A DNA stretch of 64,000 nucleotides from Schizochytrium sp. TIO01 (GCA_004764695.1 SMSO01000031.1:6678761-6742760), one strand, 5' to 3'. Positions 12,120 through 23,700 are shown, counted from the first letter of the stretch. The notes: generated by a model not told the origin, from the sequence alone. Program-made: numbers and translations.

Positions 12120-12326
12120 TATTGAAGTAATATACAGCTACTGTCTAACCTAACCTAACCTAACCTAATCTCCTGTCCGTTGGACTGACATCATGCATTC
12201 ATCTCTACCTGTATGAAGACCTGAAACCCCGATAACTCATATATCATCCTCTTTCTCTTTCTCCTGAGTTCGTCATCCTTGTCAGACTACCTCTCCACGC
12301 TTCACAGCACAGGCTACTCTGCAATA
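12120..12326 (+). repeat. 5' LTR (TATTG...CAATA)
   Basis: Identical by eye to 17636-17842. Has a 5-bp terminal inverted repeat and is preceded by TSD CAACC. Confidence 0.95.
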
Positions 12327-12339
12327 GGTTATGGGCCCA
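12327..12339 (+). other. Primer-binding site complementary to the anticodon arm of initiator tRNA-Met (half-tRNA priming)
   Basis: GGTTATGGGCCCA directly after the 5' LTR is the reverse complement of UGGGCCCAUAACC in tRNAiMet, the Drosophila copia/Ty5-type PBS. Confidence 0.9.
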
Positions 12340-12485
12340 AGATACGCCAGGAAGACTCGAGCGTAACAACTCGTTTCCTAGACATCTTGAAGATCAGACG
12401 AGCTCAACATCAGAGATAGAGTAAACTTTTTCGAAGTAAGACTTCCTACGGAAAACTATACACAGTCCTCAGGAACGTCAACACG

Positions 12486-13586
12486 ATGTCTTCTGTGAGA
12501 GAAAGCAAGCGGAACAGGACAAACCAAGCGGCGAACTCAGAGAGCCAGAGTGCTCTCTCTGCGGAAGAAGTTCAAAAGATACAGGAAAAACTAGAAAAGT
12601 ACAAAAGGCTTTATGAAGAAAGTCAGAGGACGAAGGATCATCTCAAAGACTCCGACTATGATGATGACCTAGAATACTTGAATGACGACTCTTCGCGCAA
12701 ACGCCAGTCTCGCTCCCGCTCCTCATTCAGAACAACGGACCGTACTCGCGACATTCTAATCGATAGAATCAACAAGATTCCTATAGGACCTTCTCTCGAT
12801 TTAATGGGAAGTAACTGGGAGACCTGGTCAGCCAATGTACTGAGATACATGGATCACCATGGATGTACTCCTGAAGAAATTGAAGCTACCACTGACCCTA
12901 AGAGACAACGTCTACTAGACAGTGCACTTTTCGCCTTACTCAGCAATCAAGCTGGTCCAAATTTTCAAAAACAACTACTACATTATGGTAAATCACACCA
13001 TGGACATGAAGGACGCGCTGCCTGGGCACAGCTTCAAATTGCATTTAAAAAACAGCCTGGTGAGACCAATCTTGACAAGGTCACAGCACTCTTACAATGT
13101 CTTCGGAAATACCTTGACAATTCCCTTGAGAGTATGTCAGAAAACGAAATCATGGTATGGTTTATGGAACTATACAACACTCAGTGTGAATTGTTAGCTA
13201 CTGGCATGATGTTACATGATTACATGTTTATCCTTAACCTTTTACCACGTATTCGTTACATGGGTCCACAAACAACTGCGATCTATGGCAAAGCAATTAA
13301 ACTCAAAGAGTATAGTAAAGAATTGTTTCAAGAGTTACGAAACACGGAACGGGAAGTTGCACAACAATGCACACTTAAAGGCAAAAGTGGCTATTCTGCT
13401 GGGAACCCTGAACCCACACATCTACAAGCAAACTCCTTTCACCCTTCCGGAATAAGTTCAAGCGTCAAAAACGACCTACATCTCAAAACAACAATTCCGG
13501 GGGAGCACAACAACCCTTTCCTCAAAGGAATAAATGCTCACACTGTGGTTATTCAAATCATGCTGAGGCAAACTGCAAATTCTTGA
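12486..13586 (+). CDS. gag: Copia Gag (capsid part, without zinc knuckles in this frame)
   Basis: 366-aa ORF after the PBS. LMGSNWETWSANV resembles the copia gag L.G.NY..W motif; also GRAAWAQL. Confidence 0.85.
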   Translation: MSSVRESKRNRTNQAANSESQSALSAEEVQKIQEKLEKYKRLYEESQRTKDHLKDSDYDDDLEYLNDDSSRKRQSRSRSSFRTTDRTRDILIDRINKIPIGPSLDLMGSNWETWSANVLRYMDHHGCTPEEIEATTDPKRQRLLDSALFALLSNQAGPNFQKQLLHYGKSHHGHEGRAAWAQLQIAFKKQPGETNLDKVTALLQCLRKYLDNSLESMSENEIMVWFMELYNTQCELLATGMMLHDYMFILNLLPRIRYMGPQTTAIYGKAIKLKEYSKELFQELRNTEREVAQQCTLKGKSGYSAGNPEPTHLQANSFHPSGISSSVKNDLHLKTTIPGEHNNPFLKGINAHTVVIQIMLRQTANS

Positions 13587-16500
13587 CAGCAATTTGTCCT
13601 ATCTGTAACCAAGTTGGACACAGACCCTCTGTTTGTCCAAGTAGATCATCGCGACAACAAAAGTCGAACAACAAGCGTCAGCGTCATAACTCAACATCAC
13701 CGTACAAAGGTCTCGCGTTACACAACGCTCCTTTTGATCAAGGACCTTTTCATGCCAATTTCAGTGTCAACCTTCTGACAATCAATCATCTAAAATCAGA
13801 ACCGAAGTCAGCAGAGACAACCTCAGAAGGATTCCTACTAGATTCTGGATGCAATTTGCATGTCACACCAAATCTTGCATTACTTTCAAACTATGAGAAC
13901 ATTAATCCACTATCAATGGATGCAGCTCAAGGATCCTCAGTTCCGATTTTAGGAAAAGGTACCCTGGAGGCACGAGTAAGATCAACGTCGGGTAGAATTG
14001 TTCCTTTAACACTTACAGTCTACTACGCACCTTCCCTTGCTCACACATTACTGTCGACGTCTATTATGACTCAGCAAGGATTCTCATTTTTCTTCTCACA
14101 AGATAGCGATCGTATGACCACTCCACATGGAGAAGTTATTACACTCGGTCAGCAATCTGACATCCCAATGCTTATCCCTGTAAAAGCACCCAAAGTTAAC
14201 GCTCTGCAACTACGGAAAGCACAAAAACTCAGTTATAAAGGAATAGATTGGCTAGAAGCTCACCTTAAATTAGGTCACGCTTCAATTCCACGCATAGCAT
14301 CCTCCATAGGAGTTTCTGCATCACAAATCGACTTCTTATGCATGGATTGTAAAGTTGCCAACTTTGAACGTATTCCAGTGACAAAAGGACCTCACACACC
14401 ATATGCTAAGTCTCCTCGACAAGCTGTTACAGCTGATGTGATGGGACCATTCCACGTTCTAGGCATCCCCCACAAGTTAAAATATGCCATAGTCTACAGA
14501 GATCTTTACTCAGACTTTACATATGTTTATCCTATACAATCCACTGATCAAGTGTCCACGACCCTTCGTACCTTTGCTCAAGCATGGCTCCAAGGTAAAA
14601 ACACCTCGCGCATCATCATTCGCACAGACGGAGCTAAATATTTTACAGGCGGAGAGTTTGCAAGATCACTTCACACCATGCGGTGGGAACATAAACTATC
14701 TGCACCACACTCTCATGCTACAAATCCTGCTGAAGGCATCAATCGAGTACTAATGAATGGTCTTCGCTCCAATCTAAAAACTGCATTACTCGGAGCCAAA
14801 TATTGGCCCTATGCTTTATCTCATGCTGTACATGTCAAGAATCGCACAGCCTCCAGTCGCAATCGGAAATCTCCGTACGAACGACATTTTGGCAAAGCAC
14901 CAGACTACAGCTACTTCCACATTTTTGGAGCACCATGTGTGTTCAAGAAGTTTCCCATTCCGCAAAAGTTGGGAGATAGGGGTGAACTAGGCATTTTCCT
15001 TGGATATGCTGATAGTTACACTCATGGAACTGTACATGTCTTACCCAAAGACAAGTCCAACATCCTTCAAACGCGTGAAGTCAAGATTTTCGATCAAGCA
15101 TTGACTGAACAAACTCGTCAGCGTGCAATGTCGATAGAAACCGCTCTGACACCTGATCTAATTACTCATTGGACACGCGAAGAATCAAATAAACTAATTG
15201 CTGGAGAAATGTATCAGGATCTACCTGCTTTATCCTCCGCAGCTAATAATACTAAATCTTTCCTCACTCCTAATACCCCAGAATATAATGATGACCGTGA
15301 ATCCAATAGTGAACACGCTAGTCGTCTGGAGGGAAATCATAATGACCGTGAATCCAGTAGTGAACACGCTAGTCATCCGGAACCCAATCATAATGACCGT
15401 GAATCCAGTAGTGAACACGCTAGTCATCCGGAACCCAATCATAATGACCGTGAATCCAGTAGTGAACACGCTAGTCATCCGGAACCAAATCATAATGACC
15501 GTGAATCCAATAGTGAACACGCTAGTCATCCGGAACCAAATCATAATGACCGTGAATCCAGTAGTGAACACGCCAGTCATCCGGAACTAAATCACAATGA
15601 CCGTGAATCCAGTAGTGAACACGCTAGTCATCCGGAACTAAATCACAATGACCGTGAATCCAATAGTGAACACGTTAGTCATTCTGAGGTAAATAATGAT
15701 GACCGTGAATCCAAAAGTGAACATGCTCGTGAAGACATGGAACTAGAACATAGTTCAGTCCATGCACACGATAGTCATCGGAGATCCAAAAGGACTCCCA
15801 AACCTCATGTACCACTAAATGTTGGTCCCAGTGCCAAAGGCGCTGCAAATAAATACCGATACTATACCAATCGTCTGAAACGAAAACGTAATATGACGAA
15901 TACAGAGTTAGATTTCTCGGATATTAATTCTCTATCAAAAGAAGAGAACTTACATGAACTAATCATTCCCACGATATATCCGAGGGAACAGGAATATTTT
16001 GCTTTTCTTATTAAAACCAACACAGATAATAAACAATTACCTAAACCGGTCCCAAAACCATGTCCATATGACGACATTGTAGTTCCAAACACTTATAAAG
16101 AAATGCGGAAACTGCCTCAGGCATATCAGCAACTATGGATCGCTGCGATGAATACTGAACATCACAATCTGCAGTCCGCTGGTGTTCTGGAAACTGTACC
16201 CTTACACACTTTACCACAGGGACAGACTGTAATGGGAACTAGATGGGTCTTTACAAAGAAGGCACCACCGGTCAATCTGTTAAAAGCACGGGTTGTAGTA
16301 CAAGGCTACAATGAGGCCATTGAACATGTTTATGATATATACTCACCAACAGTTAATGTTGAAAGCATTCGTGTTGCAACAATTATTGCTTTAACGAGAG
16401 GCTATGATGCTATCACCGTTGATGTAACAGCCGCATTTCTAGAAGCACAAATTCCAGATGACGAATTCCTCTACATCAAAGGTATTGAAGGTCTTGACTT

Positions 16501-17623
16501 AGCAGAAGGTTATTGTTATCGTCTGCGTAAAAGTCTATATGGACTCAAAAGTGCCCCCCGTAGGTGGATGGATCATTTGACGGCTATATTAGAAAATTAT
16601 GGCTTAACACGATCTATAACGGACGCATCACTCTTTATTGGCAAAGATCTTCTAATGACTATCCATGTTGATGACATGAGAATTTTTGGCACACCCCAAG
16701 CACTCAAAGCGATTGTCAAAGAACTCGAACAAAATGTCGGCGTCAAAGTTAATCGTGAAAAACAATGCCATTATCTTAGTGATACACATGTCTATGACAA
16801 GTCACGAAAGATCTGTACCATCAGCCAACGCGAGTATTGTGAAAAAGCCCTTAGGCGATGTAATATGGAAAACTGCAATGGAGCTAAGACTCCATCCATC
16901 CTTAAAGAGTTAAGTGATCATCCTGACGACTCTGTGAATGAACACTATCGTCCACTTGTCGGCACTCTAATGTATTTACTAAAAACTCGACCTGATATGG
17001 CATACACTTTACACCAACTTGCATGTCATGGTCAAAAGAATGGAGCGGAACATATGCAAGCTCTTAAACATGCATTCCGTTATGTCAAGGCCACAAAGAA
17101 CAAAGTTCTAACACTCAAAGGCGTGGACTCAGAGGCACAACTTGTTTTGAACGTCTATACAGATGCCTCCTTCAGCAAGGCACATGACAAACTTCGTCGT
17201 AGTGTTACAGGATATGTTGTTATGATAAATGATAGTGCTGTTGTATGGAAAACAACCAAACAGTCTACAGTTGCAAGAAATACTCACGAAGCTGAACTAA
17301 TTGCTGCAGTTGCAGGAGTTCTCAGAGCAGAATCCATTCGACAACTTTTAGCAGACATGAACATTTACATCAATGAAATACAGGTATATATAGATTGTCA
17401 AGCATTAGTAAACACAATCAAAAAGGAAGAAGTTAATGGTACAAATGGTTATCTCGCAGTACAACTTGCAGTACTGATTCATCGAAGACAAAACCAATTA
17501 CTCAAGGTACATCATGTTAAAGGCACAGAAAATATAGCTGATTTACTTACCAAACCACTTGCAGCACCATCTCATTGGAAACACGCTAGTCGCTTACTTG
17601 ATGCTTCAGGTGCTGACGCGTGA
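13412..17623 (+). CDS. pol: Copia NC-Pol frame: two CCHC knuckles, protease, integrase, reverse transcriptase, RNase H
   Basis: Frame is open from 13412 (after TGA at 13409). Knuckles CSHCGYSNHAEANC and CPICNQVGHRPSVC; protease LLDSGC; integrase H..LGH...CMDC, ADVMGP, RTDG, AEGINR, GIFLGY; RT KARVVVQGY, DVTAAFL, KSLYGLKSAPRRW, HVDD; RNase H YTDASF, EAEL, NIADLLTK. Confidence 0.95.
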   Translation, partial: THTSTSKLLSPFRNKFKRQKRPTSQNNNSGGAQQPFPQRNKCSHCGYSNHAEANCKFLTAICPICNQVGHRPSVCPSRSSRQQKSNNKRQRHNSTSPYKGLALHNAPFDQGPFHANFSVNLLTINHLKSEPKSAETTSEGFLLDSGCNLHVTPNLALLSNYENINPLSMDAAQGSSVPILGKGTLEARVRSTSGRIVPLTLTVYYAPSLAHTLLSTSIMTQQGFSFFFSQDSDRMTTPHGEVITLGQQSDIPMLIPVKAPKVNALQLRKAQKLSYKGIDWLEAHLKLGHASIPRIASSIGVSASQIDFLCMDCKVANFERIPVTKGPHTPYAKSPRQAVTADVMGPFHVLGIPHKLKYAIVYRDLYSDFTYVYPIQSTDQVSTTLRTFAQAWLQGKNTSRIIIRTDGAKYFTGGEFARSLHTMRWEHKLSAPHSHATNPAEGINRVLMNGLRSNLKTALLGAKYWPYALSHAVHVKNRTASSRNRKSPYERHFGKAPDYSYFHIFGAPCVFKKFPIPQKLGDRGELGIFLGYADSYTHGTVHVLPKDKSNILQTREVKIFDQALTEQTRQRAMSIETALTPDLITHWTREESNKLIAGEMYQDLPALSSAANNTKSFLTPNTPEYNDDRESNSEHASRLEGNHNDRESSSEHASHPEPNHNDRESSSEHASHPEPNHNDRESSSEHASHPEPNHNDRESNSEHASHPEPNHNDRESSSEHASHPELNHNDRESSSEHASHPELNHNDRESNSEHVSHSEVNNDDRESKSEHAREDMELEHSSVHAHDSHRRSKRTPKPHVPLNVGPSAKGAANKYRYYTNRLKRKRNMTNTELDFSDINSLSKEENLHELIIPTIYPREQEYFAFLIKTNTDNKQLPKPVPKPCPYDDIVVPNTYKEMRKLPQAYQQLWIAAMNTEHHNLQSAGVLETVPLHTLPQGQTVMGTRWVFTKKAPPVNLLKARVVVQGYNEAIEHVYDIYSPTVNVESIRVATIIALTRGYDAITVDVTAAFLEAQIPDDEFLYIKGIEGLDLAEGYCYRLRKSLYGLKSAPRRWMDHLTAILENYGLTRSITDASLFIGKDLLMTIHVDDMRIFGTPQALKAIVKELEQNVGVKVNREKQCHYLSDTHVYDKSRKICTISQREYCEKALRRCNMENCNGAKTPSILKELSDHPDDSVNEHYRPLVGTLMYLLKTRPDMAYTLHQLACHGQKNGAEHMQALKHAFRYVKATKNKVLTLKGVDSEAQLVLNVYTDASFSKAHDKLRRSVTGYVVMINDSAVVWKTTKQSTVARNTHEAELIAAVAGVLRAESIRQLLADMNIYINEIQVYIDCQALVNTIKKEEVNGTNGYLAVQLAVLIHRRQNQLLKVHHVKGTENIADLLTKPLAAPSHWKHASRLLDASGADA
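15284..15727 (+). repeat. In-frame 51-bp tandem repeat (~9 units, NHNDRESSSEHASHPEP) in the IN-RT linker
   Basis: Unit aatcataatgaccgtgaatccagtagtgaacacgctagtcatccggaacc(c/a); nine DRES motifs in the translation. Confidence 0.95.
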
Positions 17624-17626
17624 TTT

Positions 17627-17635
17627 GCGGGGGAG
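17627..17635 (+). other. Polypurine tract
   Basis: GCGGGGGAG immediately before the 3' LTR. Confidence 0.85.
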
Positions 17636-17842
17636 TATTGAAGTAATATACAGCTACTGTCTAACCTAACCTAACCTAACCTAATCTCCTGTCCGTTGGA
17701 CTGACATCATGCATTCATCTCTACCTGTATGAAGACCTGAAACCCCGATAACTCATATATCATCCTCTTTCTCTTTCTCCTGAGTTCGTCATCCTTGTCA
17801 GACTACCTCTCCACGCTTCACAGCACAGGCTACTCTGCAATA
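17636..17842 (+). repeat. 3' LTR
   Basis: Identical to the 5' LTR and followed by TSD CAACC. Confidence 0.95.
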
Positions 17843-18879
17843 CAACCTAACTAGCATTTTGTAGATCCAAGTTCCCAACCCATAGTCCCTGGTCCAGAGT
17901 TGAGGTTTATGTTGATTTCCCAACTCATAACGTTCCCTTTCATTTTATCACTGAGGGACCTGCCATACTCTCTTCGAGAAACCCATTTATTTCAGATGCG
18001 TTTTATTGAAAAAGTTTTGCTACACTGATACTGAAGCACTTTGTACATATCTCAGATTTGTTTCCGACTAAACTAAAAACCTGTCTCATGCTCGAATGTG
18101 TAAGGCTACACCAGAAGAAACTGAAACCGTATCTGCCCCTCGAATATAGCATAGAAAGGCGACAACAACAGCATAGTATGCTATACCCTCCACAACTCCA
18201 CGTGGAGTCAATTTCACTGACATGTCCGCACGCAAAGTCTCTAAGAGTTTTCCTCTTCTTCTCCTCCCTCCTCCCCCCTCCTCAAGATACACTAACGAGT
18301 TGGCATCACAACACGGCCTTTAATCGAGGTCTTGAGGAGCAGGTCCACTACCATGAGTGCTGGATATCTTCGTTGCCGTAAAGCCTGATATGAGGGGCTT
18401 CTCTCTTGGTTCTCAAGCAGAGGACAGGCCGTCCGCCCGTGGGCCATCCTGCCTCTGTTTTGGCGCCATCAGCTGAAAAAAGCCACCAGAGCTGGCAGAA
18501 ACAAGGTCCTGAGGGCTAATAAATCCATTTGCGGCGGTGAGGACGTGCTATTGACGCAGGGAGCAAAAAGTCCTCTCGGAACGCAGCGCTCTCGAAATGA
18601 CGCAGGTAGATCGTCTTCGTGCAAGATGGTCTAGATGGAACTTGGCGGCCTCGTTGGCAGATGAAGGAAGTCAGTGAAGCAGAGGGGGTCGAACGCAGTA
18701 TCGCAGGTGAGATTGAGCGGCGAAAGAGCGCAAAGCAGGGAGAACGTTCTTCAGCAGGCAGGCCGCCTTCGAAGCCACGGTGCAAACTGTCGCGATACCC
18801 TCGACTCAACTCCTCCAACTAGTAACAGCGTGTTGCAAGTTCTTGGGAGGAGTTGCGCTTTGACTCATTGATAACTACA

Positions 18880-19005
18880 ATCCGAAACTCAAATCTCTCA
18901 AATCGAACTCAACGATAAATTCAAATTCGATCCTTTCAAAACTCCAAACCTTTCAAAATTCAAATCTCTCAAAATTCAAACTTTTCAAAATTCAAATCCA
19001 ATTCA
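18880..19005 (+). repeat. Degenerate ~16-bp minisatellite (TCAAAATTCAAA core)
   Basis: Repeated tttcaaaattcaaa / ctctcaaaattcaaa units are visible. Confidence 0.6.
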
Positions 19006-20741
19006 GACATTGTGTTCAAAGCAGACCTCATTGAGACGGCGAGGCCGCCTCTCCCTCTCTGTCCACTTCCCGCCCGAGAGAGTGTCAGCGCTGCTTTGGA
19101 GGATGCGGCCTGAGTACATTCTACAACCAAGTTGCCAGTCAGTCATTCGTTCATTGCTAACCATCTGGAGAGAAGAAGAGCCGAGGAAATGCGGCATGAA
19201 TCGACGCCAGAAACCGAGAAAGGCTCATACAGCCTTTCATAAGTCCCCAAGCTGACTTGTAGTGAAAGAATAATTGGAGGTCCCGTGGCTCTTCCTGGTG
19301 CGCTTACTTCTAATAGGTCCAATAGGTATTCATTCTACCGGTCGCTCTGAGTCAGTGCTTGAGTGATTGATTAGTCAGCAAGTCGCTCTGTTCTCAGGCC
19401 CCGCTCTCTGGTGGAGATATGAAGAGACCTTTCGCCTCCAGCAGCTGTAGAGCATGGGTTCTTGTCTTTCTGTTCACTGGTGTTGATTTGGCCTCCAGCT
19501 CCTTTTCCCCGCTCTTGGTGTCTTTGGAAAATGGGCTCCTTGATTGCCTCTTCTCACGTGATGGCTTGTTTGTTGCTGTAAGGAGGGATAATTTTCGTCC
19601 AAGTTGTTCAATTAAAGACTCATTGAGCTCAGCTTGCTAGGTAGGGTAACAACCCGATGGTCTGGTCACCACTACCACCCTTGCGTGCAGGAGAGGCACG
19701 TGATCCATCGAGGGCAAGCAGAGAGAATCATTATCGCGTGTGATTCGTTATCTCTTCTCCGGGCTAGTCTTTCTTGCTTTTTCGATTCTTTTCAAGTTCT
19801 TTCCGTTCGGCAACAAAAAGACAGCGAACCATCGGAGAATCAACTAATAATTCATTAAATCGCACAGAATCAACAACCGGTCGAGCCTTCAGAAGGCCAA
19901 CATAGTCAGAAGCCTAGGCCTAGCTAGTGGTAGCTTCTGCGTTTGATATGTTCATTCTTTCATTCTTTCATTCTTTCGCTTCTTTCTTTTTCAACAGTCA
20001 GTCAGACAGTCAGACGGTCAGTCAAAAATGAGGCGGAAGTTAGAAAGGAAACATTAAATAACAGACAAACACGCAAGCACGGATCCTCTGACGGATCGGC
20101 ATAGTGGAGACTCGCCTGACACAGGGCTAGATCACCCGTCACGTCGTGAATCTTTCGCTACTTCTTGCATAACATAGTCGGCAAAGGATTCGCAGTTGCC
20201 GGTGAGTCAGTCAGGATCTGCTCTGACTGATTTTGGGAGCTGGTTCCTGCCCTCATCTTTGCTGCTTGTTACTGCACGAACATAGTAAAATAAACTTTCT
20301 GAAACCTTCCTATACGGTTCTATCTCTTCGAGCTGCTCGACTTCACCAGCCAATTCCAATTCGTGCGCTCGCTTGGTCTACGTTCGGTCGGTAGTGATTG
20401 TCCAAGTTTTGACTCATCTAGGGAGGGCTCGGAAAACTCCGTGCTAGTTGTGGAAAAGCTGGGCAGCTTTCTTTGTTAGCGCGGGCTCTTCACTAGTGGA
20501 CGCTGGTGAAGGCTTGAACTTGGTCAAAGAGAAGTTGAAGCAGACACATATTCTCTTTCGCGTGGACCTTCTGTTCGCCGAGCAGCTGGGCAGATTGATA
20601 AGCAAAGCTGAAAGAAAGATAGATTGATTCATTCATTCATTCATTGATATATCAATTTGTCAGGCAGGGGCAGACAGATAGGTTGACTTTGTGGAGAAAA
20701 GGAGGCACTGCATTGACTTTCTTTGCCCATTTATTAGTATC

Positions 20742-23700
20742 ATGAGTAGGGTTAAATCACACCTCATCGAGCAAGCGCTGTGCGAGGTAGTGGCCAAACA
20801 CAGCACTTATGTTGACCCATTTAGCTGCCAACACCTGCAAATTACTGAGCATGGTGAAAAAATTGTGGTTACGATCGATAAAGATAGTGCCGTGGCACGA
20901 GAAGGAACTATTCTTCCCAACCCAAGAAATGCACAACAAAAGAATCTAGATCAAGATGTTGCGTTTCATGCCGAAGATTACTTGGCGCCAGTGTTTTTTG
21001 AAATCGCACTGAAGCTGTTGCCAAATGAGTTTGACTTTCGAATGAATCGCAGGATTCTGCTTGTAGGTGGGCCTTCTTGCGGAAAAACAATGCTTGTCAA
21101 GCACATGGCTGTACTTTGCGCCACAAAACAAGACATTCCACGAGGCCATAAAGCAGATGCCTTTGTGCCCTTGGTCCTCAGCATAGCAGATCTTACAAAG
21201 TTCATTGATATGCATGATCTGACAGCAGAAGATGATATCCTCCTTGCATATTTCCAAAGCAAATATAGCAGCGAAATATCGCGCGCGAAATTGGCCATGA
21301 ACTTGATTTGCACCTGCCATGCGTGGCTCTTTTTGGATGGTTTAGATGAAGCAGCTTCCCCGAAAAGCCTCGAAATACTCGTTAAATTTTTAGACCATCT
21401 CACGCTGGTAGCTCCAAATCTTCGCATTATTGTCACGAGTCGTCATGGTGCTGAGGAAAGTATCCATCGTCTTGCGCTGATTCATATGGGTTTTACACGT
21501 CTACGAATGCGGCCCTTAACAACAGATCTTGCAGAAACTATGCTTTCTAAACGACTCTGCGGAAACCCGGGTTCTGTGCTCTTTCCGCATCAAGGACGAC
21601 TTCCCGACTGGCTTCGCTCGGAGATCCGACGTCCTGTGTACAAACTTTTCCGAAAAAGCCCACTTACTCTCATTCTTCTTGTGAATGTTTTACAAGACCT
21701 TGATCGAGAGAATGGGGCAGTTTCAGTGTATTGCCCGCCACCTCTTCTTTCGCCAGCAAACATGCTTACCCCGCCTTCCATTGGCTCCGAAGGAAGAAGC
21801 GCAATGACCTCCCCTTTATTATCTACATCAACAACTAGTTCTGCATCTGCGTCTGTAGACTCGCAGACCGAGTCCCCTTCAGATTTTGGCTTCGCTTACG
21901 AGCAAAAGGAGTCCCTTAGAATAGAAGATATCTCAAAAGGTGATCATGGTGCTAGCAGCAAGGTAGGACTTCATCTCAGTCTACCAGGGGCTACATCAAG
22001 TCCTTCGCATGGATCCAAGCCCAAATTAGGAGCCCTGGCTACAACTCCCTCATATGGTGGAACACTTGGCTACAGTCATAATTTTGCCCATCACAATTCT
22101 TCATGGCAAGTTAATGAAACAGCATACCACACGTCAGCAAACGACGAAGAGGGCGACAATAACAGAATGGATAATGACGGTGGCGAGGAGAACGAAGAGA
22201 CTGCCGAGGAAAGACGCGCGCATGATGCAGCTGTGGAAGCGCATTATAAGCAATCGTGTCCCGGCATCACTCTGAAGCCTCCGTTTTCGCGTGTAGACTT
22301 GTTACGTCGCGCTCTTATCAAACTTCTCAACTTGCAGCCAGTCGAACGCCGCAATAAAACTACATGCAGCTCGCCAATGAATCGCTCCCCAATTCTGAGT
22401 CCCTACAATTCTTCACGGTCTATCAAACTCTTTCCTGAATCTGGGCTCTCACTTGAAATGCCATCGAATCTTCTCAAGAATTTTGACGAAGTTGATCCTA
22501 ACCTCCTCGAGCTTTTGCAATTAGCGGCATATATCACGCACGACCGGAACACCCGCGAACTGCGCCTCAACGATTTGCGTGTTGCTGCAAGTGAATCCTC
22601 AGATCCTGCTGGTGGAGAACGGGCCTTGAATAAGCTATTAAAACGGATCGAGTCGAACGAGGTGCCACTCTTTACTATTGAAGACCGCGAGGATTATCTC
22701 GATGAGGAGACCCTTGAACAACGCATGCATCAACAGCCTCGTGCAGCTTTTGTTGCAACAGGATCCCCAGATGAACTTAAACGGAAGGGGATTATGATGT
22801 TTTTACATATTACGTTGCAAGAACACCTCTGCGCAGAGTACATTGCCAACAATCTGCTAAACGTTCTAGAGAAATCCCGCCCACAAGCCAACGTAAGGGA
22901 GAATTTGATCAATGAAGAGGAGTCGACGGGGGGGAAATTGCAGAGTGGTCAAGAAAATATCACTGCTGGTTCACAAAACAGGCGCTGGTCTCGTCAACGG
23001 AGTCGTTCAATCGTAGTCCCCGAACGCGGTCTTCGCCGATATGGGTCATCAACACCTCGTGTACGACGTTCTTCAGTGCCTGAAACTCGAAATCATGAGC
23101 TCCTAGATATTAATAAACTTCCCGAAGTTCGTGCAAGGATCAAGAGTGAGGTTGAACGACTTTTACTAGGGCATTTTCGGCCTGAATCATTTCGGGTTAA
23201 TCAGGAATGGTGGCAACCAGTGATTCTTTTAGTTTTTGATCTTTTGGCTGAGCAAGGTCCACCTGCTGTAAAATGTGGAGGTTTGTTTGATATTGTCCTC
23301 GACATTATCGTGGAATCCTGTAGACGCTTGATGACTCTCCAATTCGGTGAGGTGCCTACAGCGTTGTCTTCATTCTGGCTAGCAGCTGCTGCTCATGGTA
23401 ATGTACGGGTTGTAAAGGGTATGATCCAGATCATGGGCGCACAAGTACTCCTTCAATCTGTCAACGCAGATCAGAATAATGCACTACATCTTGCCGCCAT
23501 CAATAACCAGCCAGAAATTATCAAGCTGTTGATGGCTGAAGAAAATGTTGACCCAGATTACCTTGACCGCAATAATGAGCATGGCTGGGACCCGTCAAAT
23601 ATGGCTATGATTTTTAACCATACATATTGCTTTCGACTTTTGTGTTACACCGACGGTGATAAGGTCGCCGAAACATGTAATCCTAGACGTCGTCCAGACT

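Larger units (their letters stand above)
12120..17842 (+). mobile_element. Full-length Ty1/copia LTR retrotransposon (5723 bp)
   Basis: Two identical 207-bp LTRs, 5-bp TSD CAACC (12115-12119 and 17843-17847), PBS, PPT, and gag plus pol in copia order PR-IN-RT-RH. Confidence 0.97.

Noticed and set aside
15198-15590. Alternative-frame ORFs and CRISPR-like periodicity in the 51-bp repeat
   Set aside because: Units are contiguous with no unique spacers and lie in frame within pol; the extra ORFs come from a stop-free repeat unit.
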